Positions 58,607 to 64,000 of a stretch of 64,000 nucleotides of DNA are shown here, in pieces (the stretch's first letter is position 1; each line of letters opens with the position of its first letter). Where the stretch lies: positions 433,706 to 497,705 of the forward strand of contig CAVURJ010000002.1 of NCBI GenBank assembly GCA_963743885.1, written 5' to 3'. Source of the DNA: Candidatus Moraniibacteriota bacterium. GTDB lineage: Bacteria > Patescibacteriota > Minisyncoccia > Moranbacterales > UBA1568. A program made the translations under genes and the position numbers. Below the pieces are notes generated by a model. That model ran no database searches, was not told the origin of the DNA, and saw nothing but the letters and a program-made list of their open reading frames with translations.

Positions 58607-58635
58607 AAAAAGCGGGGCCAAAATGGCCCCGCTTA
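58607..58635 (-). terminator. dnaK terminator
   Basis: aagcggggcca-ttt-tggccccgctt followed by a U-tract on the minus strand. Confidence 0.8.
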
Positions 58636-58639
58636 TTAG

Positions 58640-60604
58640 TTACTTTTTCTCCTCGTCAGCTGGCTTGTTCCCTTCGACATGCTCAGGGCCGTTGGCTTCG
58701 GCTGCGGGCTCGGTTTCAGCATCTTTAGGCTGCTCTGTAGCACCCGAGGCTCCGGCTTCGCCTGTACCCTGTCCACTATCCCCTGTACCCTGTGGTGCGG
58801 CTTGTGCCGCGGCATACAGTTTCTCGCCAATCTTCTGGGCTGCCTGGGAGAGGGCTTCGGTCGCCTTCTTGATCACTTCGAGGTCGTCGCCATTCTTCAC
58901 TTTGGCGAGCTCAGCGATAGCATCTTCGACCGGCTTCTTCTCTTCGGCTGTCAGCTTGTCGCCCGCATCCTTCATTGCCTTTTCGGTCGTATAGGAGAGC
59001 GTGTCAGCCATGTTGCGCGCTTCGATCAGTTCCTTCTTACGCTTGTCTTCCTCGGCGTGGAGCTCGGCATCCTTCTTCATGCGCTCGATCTCATCCTTGG
59101 AAAGTCCAGTGGACGCTTCGATGCGGATGTTCTGAGACTTACTGGTCGCCTTGTCCTTGGCCGTGACGGTCAGGATGCCGGAGGCGTCGATGTCGAAGGT
59201 TACCTCGACCTGTGGCACGCCGCGCGGAGCGGGAGCGATGCCATCGAGGATGAATTGTCCGAGCGACTTGTTGTCACCTGCCATCTCGCGCTCGCCCTGG
59301 AGCACATGGATCTGCACGGACGGCTGGTTGTCAGCCGCGGTCGAGAAGACCTGGGAGCGCGATACCGGCACAGTCGTATTGCGGTCGATGAGCGGCGTAC
59401 GCACACCACCGAGCGTCTCGATACCGAAGGTGAGCGGGGTCACATCGAGGAGGAGCACATCCTTCACGCTGCCCTCGAGCACACCACCCTGGATGGCCGC
59501 GCCGGCGGCGACGACTTCATCCGGATTGACGGTGATGTTCGGCTTCTTGCCGAAGAACTTCTCGACGCTTGCGAGCACGAGCGGCATACGGGTCATACCA
59601 CCGACCAGCACCACTTCGTTGATGTCGCTCGGGGAGAGCTTGGCATCAGCGAGGGCTTTCTTCACTGGCTCAAAAGTCGCCTCCACCAGGTCATGCACCA
59701 GCTCCTCGAGCTTGGCGCGGGTCATCTTGATGAGGAGGTGCTTCGGACCATTGGCATCGCTCGTGATGAACGGCTGGTTGATCTCGGTATCCTGCGCGGT
59801 CGAGAGTTCGATCTTGGCCTTCTCGGCGGATTCCTTGATGCGCTGGAGCGCGAGCGGATCGCGGCCTAGGTCGATGCCTTCCTGCTTCTTGAACTCACCC
59901 AAGATCCAGTGGATGATGCGCTGGTCGAAGTCGTCACCACCTAAGTGTGTATCACCGTTGGTCGATTTCACTTCGACGGTGTCCTCGGCTACTTCCAGGA
60001 TGGAGATATCGAAGGTACCGCCACCGAGGTCATACACGGCGATCTTCTCGTCTTTCTTCTTGTTGAAACCATAGGCGAGCGCGGCCGCGGTCGGCTCGTT
60101 GATGATGCGGCGGACATTGAAGCCAGCGATCGTGCCTGCCTCCATGGTCGCCTTGCGCTGCGAGTCGTCGAAATACGCCGGGACGGTGATGACGGCATCG
60201 GTGATCTTCTCTCCGAGCTTCTCTTCGGCATCGGCCTTCAGCTTGGCGAGGATCATAGCGGAGATCTCCTGCGGTGTGTATTCCTTGCCGCCCATGACGA
60301 TCTTCACGCCTTCACCGGCCTGGATGATCTTGTACGGGAGGGTCTTCGCGTCGCGGCTTACTTCCTCGTCATTGAAATGACGGCCGATCAAGCGCTTCAC
60401 GGAGAAGAGCGTGTTTTCCGGGTTGGTCACGCCCTGGCGCTTGGCCAGGAGGCCCACCAGGCGCTCACCGGTCTTGGAGATAGCCACCATCGACGGGGTC
60501 GTGCGGTTGCCTTCCTTGTTCTCAAGGATGGTCGGGCTGCCACCCTCCACCACGGCCATGCAGGAGTTAGTTGTTCCCAAATCGATACCTAAGATCTTGC
60601 TCAT
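58640..60604 (-). CDS. dnaK: Chaperone DnaK
   Basis: [29 protein letters not shown]. Confidence 0.99.
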   Translation of the reverse strand: MSKILGIDLGTTNSCMAVVEGGSPTILENKEGNRTTPSMVAISKTGERLVGLLAKRQGVTNPENTLFSVKRLIGRHFNDEEVSRDAKTLPYKIIQAGEGVKIVMGGKEYTPQEISAMILAKLKADAEEKLGEKITDAVITVPAYFDDSQRKATMEAGTIAGFNVRRIINEPTAAALAYGFNKKKDEKIAVYDLGGGTFDISILEVAEDTVEVKSTNGDTHLGGDDFDQRIIHWILGEFKKQEGIDLGRDPLALQRIKESAEKAKIELSTAQDTEINQPFITSDANGPKHLLIKMTRAKLEELVHDLVEATFEPVKKALADAKLSPSDINEVVLVGGMTRMPLVLASVEKFFGKKPNITVNPDEVVAAGAAIQGGVLEGSVKDVLLLDVTPLTFGIETLGGVRTPLIDRNTTVPVSRSQVFSTAADNQPSVQIHVLQGEREMAGDNKSLGQFILDGIAPAPRGVPQVEVTFDIDASGILTVTAKDKATSKSQNIRIEASTGLSKDEIERMKKDAELHAEEDKRKKELIEARNMADTLSYTTEKAMKDAGDKLTAEEKKPVEDAIAELAKVKNGDDLEVIKKATEALSQAAQKIGEKLYAAAQAAPQGTGDSGQGTGEAGASGATEQPKDAETEPAAEANGPEHVEGNKPADEEKK

Positions 60605-60795
60605 ATTCGTAATTATTAGTCAGTTAACGGGTTAACGCGTTAACGAGTTTATTAATGCGATGAATTAGATAATTTACTATCCAGTTAACGGGTTTGTAAG
60701 AGTCCGAACACCGAATTAACGGGTTAACGGGTTCTTAAGAAACCAACTAACAGGTTACTGTGTTAACGAGTTTATTAATGCGATGAATTAAATGC

Positions 60796-61188
60796 TTATT
60801 TACGTTGGATAAATTCTTTTTCTTTTCTTTTTTTCTCGAGATAACTGATGAATGCTCCTATTTGACCGGAAAGTTTTTCCAACTCATCCATAATTCTGTC
60901 AAAATCCTTCTTTGCGACGTATCCGATAGCGAATGCTATATGCATCTGATTTCTTGTCTCTCCCGCCGAGCCCTTGGCTATCTTCAGGAAACGGATGAAT
61001 TCATTGTTATTGTTCTTCTCAAATCCCTCGACTATATTGGAACTGACTGACACTATAGCTCTCTGTATCTGATCTCTCAGACCGAAGTCTTTGGCAAACT
61101 TTCCTTGTGATGTAATATCGTATACATCCTTTGTCAAAGCCAAACTCGATTTCCAAATGTTCAGCTCTTCGAATTTTTGTATTTTCAT
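60796..61188 (-). CDS. Four-helix-bundle protein (23S rRNA IVP/Avd-like family)
   Basis: FEELNIWK...DFGLRDQIQRAIVSVSSNIVEGF...FLKIAKGSAGE. Confidence 0.9.
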   Translation of the reverse strand: MKIQKFEELNIWKSSLALTKDVYDITSQGKFAKDFGLRDQIQRAIVSVSSNIVEGFEKNNNNEFIRFLKIAKGSAGETRNQMHIAFAIGYVAKKDFDRIMDELEKLSGQIGAFISYLEKKRKEKEFIQRK

Positions 61189-61297
61189 AACAACGTATCA
61201 GTTGTTCGGTTAACGAGTTCACGAGTTAACGGGTTGGGAATACAGACCTTGCATTTAATTAAACTCGTTAGCCCGTTAACGCGTTAACATATTAATT

Positions 61298-61849
61298 TTA
61301 ACGGACGATTACTCTTGCTGCTCGTATTACTTTGTCTCCGAGGCGGTAGCCTTTTTGGATGACTTTGGAGATTTGGTGATTGCTTTCTTCCTGTTCACTG
61401 TTCACTGCTGACTGTTCACTGTCTATGGCCTCGTGAATGGTAGGGTCGAACGCCTCCCCTTCCTTCGCTTCGATCGTCTGCATACCATTGTCAGTGAGGA
61501 CGGTCTCGAGCTGCTTCTCGATGTATTGGATGCCGACCACCCACGGGCTCTCCTTCTGTTCAGCCGGCACGTGCATCGTGGCGGAGCGGAAATTGTCGAG
61601 GACTGGGATGATATCGAGCACGAGCTTCTCTATCAGGTATCCGCCGAGCTCCTTCTGGGATTCCGCCTGGCGCTTCTTGTAGTTCTCGAAGTCCGCCTGG
61701 CAGCGCTTGAGATCGTTCAGATACTCTTCGGCCTTCGACTGCCACTCCGATTCTTCCTTCATTTCTTCGGTAATGGTCGTCGGCTCATCTGTATCAATAA
61801 TCTTCTCGTCGCCTGACTCTTCGACTTCTTGTTTCTTTTTGTGCGGCAT
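61298..61849 (-). CDS. grpE: Nucleotide exchange factor GrpE
   Basis: QADFENYKKR, PVLDNF, FDPTIHEA, QKGYRLGDKVIRAARV. Confidence 0.95.
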   Translation of the reverse strand: MPHKKKQEVEESGDEKIIDTDEPTTITEEMKEESEWQSKAEEYLNDLKRCQADFENYKKRQAESQKELGGYLIEKLVLDIIPVLDNFRSATMHVPAEQKESPWVVGIQYIEKQLETVLTDNGMQTIEAKEGEAFDPTIHEAIDSEQSAVNSEQEESNHQISKVIQKGYRLGDKVIRAARVIVR

Positions 61850-62006
61850 AGGCTTCTTATATAAATTCTAAACTCAAAATTACAAGCTCCAAATAAATCT
61901 CAAATCCGAAATTCAAACTTTTGAAATTGTGATTTTTGATTTATTTGGAAATTGGGATTTTGGATTTTGACATTTGACAGCTCGCTACGATTACCGACTC
62001 TCTTCA

Positions 62007-62750
62007 TCAGGAAAATGGGATAAAAAGGACAAGTATCAACGATGAGGAGAGCAGTTTCTTCATGTATTCGATCAGGGACTTATTCTTGGCGTACTCCATG
62101 CGCTTGGGACCGATGATAGCGAGCATACCGCGCTCACCTTCTTTGTTCTCATATGGCGCAACGATCATGGAGCAATTGTCGATACCGGAGATAGGGTTCT
62201 CGTCGCCGATGAAGATGCGGGTCTCACCGCTCTTCAGCTTGACCATGACGTCGTCGAGCTTCTCATCGAGCGAGTCGAGCGTCTCCACCAGACGGCAGAG
62301 CTCGTCGATCTCCTGGAACTCCGGCTTCTCGATGAGTTCCTTCATGCCGAAGTCATAGAGCTCGTCGCGGCCGATGATGCCGGAGACAGCCAGGTTGCCC
62401 GAGAGCGCCGAGAGGAGCTTGGCGGTGCTGCGACCCATGCGGGTCTGCTTGGCCTTCATCACGAGAAGCTCTTTCTGGAGCTTGCGCTGATCCTCGCGGG
62501 AAAGGTCCTCATCACCCATCATCTCTTCGACATACAGGCGATAGCCCTGATCGGTCGGGATGCGGCCGGCGGACGTGTGCGGCTGGTAGAGGTAGCCCTC
62601 CTCCTCGAGCGCCACCATATCGTTCCGAAGCGTCGCCGAAGACACCGGGAACTCGAAGTGCTCAAGGAGCGCCTGCGAGCCGACTGGCAGCGCGGTCTTG
62701 GTATACAGCTCGACGATGGCCGAGAGGACTTGTTTTTGACGAGAGTTCAT
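62007..62750 (-). CDS. hrcA: Heat-inducible repressor HrcA (short form)
   Basis: SSATLRNDM..LEEEGYLYQPHTSAGRIPT, IIGPKRMEY. Confidence 0.92.
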   Translation of the reverse strand: MNSRQKQVLSAIVELYTKTALPVGSQALLEHFEFPVSSATLRNDMVALEEEGYLYQPHTSAGRIPTDQGYRLYVEEMMGDEDLSREDQRKLQKELLVMKAKQTRMGRSTAKLLSALSGNLAVSGIIGRDELYDFGMKELIEKPEFQEIDELCRLVETLDSLDEKLDDVMVKLKSGETRIFIGDENPISGIDNCSMIVAPYENKEGERGMLAIIGPKRMEYAKNKSLIEYMKKLLSSSLILVLFIPFS

Positions 62751-62799
62751 AGGGAAGCCGGTATTATGTATCCGGTATTATGTATCATGTATAAGATGC

Positions 62800-62995
62800 G
62801 AGATTCTTCGCTTCGCTCAGAATGACCAAAATTACAAATTTTCGGATCATTCGTATCGATATATACAGTATAAAATATGGTTTAGCAGTCGTCAAGAGAG
62901 AGTGCTAATATAACAGGGTTTAGGGTATAGAGATATAAGCCAAAGGGACTAGATCCCGGGTCCCTCCATAGGCGGGCAGGCAGGCCCGGGATGAC
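62800..62995. repeat. Two REP-like palindromes ending in ATGAC
   Basis: gagattcttcgcttcgctcagaatgac (62800-62826); agatcccggg...cccgggatgac (62951-62995). Confidence 0.55.
62882..62908. promoter_or_regulatory. CIRCE element overlapping the hrcA promoter
   Basis: TTAGCAGTC-N9-GAGTGCTAA; minus strand TTGACG-17-TATACT. Confidence 0.9.
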
Positions 62996-63101
62996 AAAAA
63001 AGAAAGTTTTGTAATTTAAGGTTTAATGGTATTTAAAAGATAGAAAAGGGAAAAGCCAGGGCGCGTTGCGCTCCTGGCTTCATTCGGTCAAACGGGTGAG
63101 T

Positions 63102-63332
63102 TCACCCGCAATTCTTGCGCTTCTCACGGGCACACTTTCCCCGCTTGGCCTCGCTACAGCACTTCTGACAGCTGGTAGGGTCATACCACTGAGCGATCTC
63201 AACGTGGGTATTCAAGTCTGGAAATCGCGGGCAGAAGACATCCTGCTCGTTGGTGTAACCCTCAGGAACCTCCGCGCGCTGGATGGCGGCGGAAACTTCG
63301 GGTGCTACTGCGACAGCTGTACTTGCTGGCAT
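63102..63332 (-). CDS. Small Cys-rich protein
   Basis: FCP...CQKCC. Confidence 0.45.
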   Translation of the reverse strand: MPASTAVAVAPEVSAAIQRAEVPEGYTNEQDVFCPRFPDLNTHVEIAQWYDPTSCQKCCSEAKRGKCAREKRKNCG

Positions 63333-63393
63333 TTTCAACCCCTTGGAATAGTTGGTTGGCTGTTTTCTCTCTGTCGGGGTCGGATATATGCGG

Positions 63394-63687
63394 CTAATGC
63401 TGGCCGCCGTATTTCGAATTGCAGCAACGCTGACTCTGATAGCACCTGCTACATGAAGCCTCCGGATTCATGCCGTTGAAATGCGCCCTCGCGATCTTCG
63501 CGATACCACCCTCGATGCGGATCGTCGGGCAATAGACGGGATCGTCAGGAAGCGGTATCGGCCCGATGACCGAAATCACCGGTACCGGAAACGGCTTTTC
63601 CGGAAAACCACCGCACTCACAGACGTTCCACACGGAGTGCAGAAACGGTTTTCCTGGATCAATCCCGACAACAACGCTTTGACTCAT
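63394..63687 (-). CDS. Small Cys-rich protein
   Basis: YCP...CSRC; AGGAG RBS. Confidence 0.5.
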   Translation of the reverse strand: MSQSVVVGIDPGKPFLHSVWNVCECGGFPEKPFPVPVISVIGPIPLPDDPVYCPTIRIEGGIAKIARAHFNGMNPEASCSRCYQSQRCCNSKYGGQH

Positions 63688-63711
63688 GCGAATCTCCTTT
63701 TCCGGAAAACT

Positions 63712-63975
63712 TCAATGATGCTCGAGACTGCTTTGCATCTTCTCGGCCAACTTACTGCACTCGTCATGCAAATCGCAGTGCGTGCAAGCCGGATCTCTGC
63801 AGCAGTACTTCTCGGCAGCTTCCGGAAGCGGTATGGTGTGGCGATGGACAGGACAATACTCTCCTGGCTCGCTGTTCTCGCTAAACCCCTGGAAAGACTC
63901 TTCGTTGACATTGGCCCTATCGACCAATCCTGCCGGACCGATCGGGACATTTCCTACTCGTAGTGACATGATCAA
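63712..63975 (-). CDS. Small Cys-rich protein
   Basis: YCP...CTHC; AGGAG RBS. Confidence 0.5.
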   Translation of the reverse strand: MIMSLRVGNVPIGPAGLVDRANVNEESFQGFSENSEPGEYCPVHRHTIPLPEAAEKYCCRDPACTHCDLHDECSKLAEKMQSSLEHH

Positions 63976-64000
63976 GCTCCTTCGTTTCTAGTGGACATTC

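Noticed and set aside
60796-61188. Diversity-generating retroelement
   Set aside because: Only an Avd-like fold; no reverse transcriptase or TR/VR pair with adenine-specific mismatches seen.

Overview
The window has two parts. Bases 1 to about 28.1 kb are the right-hand part of a podovirus-like prophage with almost all genes on the minus strand: tail fibre, tail nozzle and adaptor, ejection proteins, capsid, scaffold, portal, TerL/TerS, RusA, and a replication initiator with iterons. It ends at a dif-like 11-6-11 site, with no integrase or repressor at that end. From about 28.1 to 64 kb is host chromosome that looks like a Patescibacteria (CPR) genome; this is inferred from mostly SD-less starts, a short HrcA, a PaaX/Cas2-like gene and a CPR-type conserved protein. 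Host features include a GGDEF protein, an RND efflux cluster, a 6S-like RNA, tRNA-Gln, tRNA-Thr, ftsEX, prfB with its programmed frameshift, engB, a low-GC accessory island and hrcA-grpE-(four-helix bundle)-dnaK with CIRCE. The most notable unexplained structures are: (1) three copies of a phage promoter plus a 90-100 nt structured leader RNA with a covarying hairpin and mutually exclusive antiterminator/terminator, placed in the virion gene cluster; (2) a cassette-like array of accessory genes separated by conserved palindromic repeats and anchored on a PaaX/Cas2-like gene; (3) the dif-like prophage boundary; (4) an orphan, roughly 315-nt structured RNA upstream of engB; (5) 7/8-mer repeat arrays around a four-helix-bundle gene and inside dnaK and grpE. 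All calls were made by eye with no database searches.
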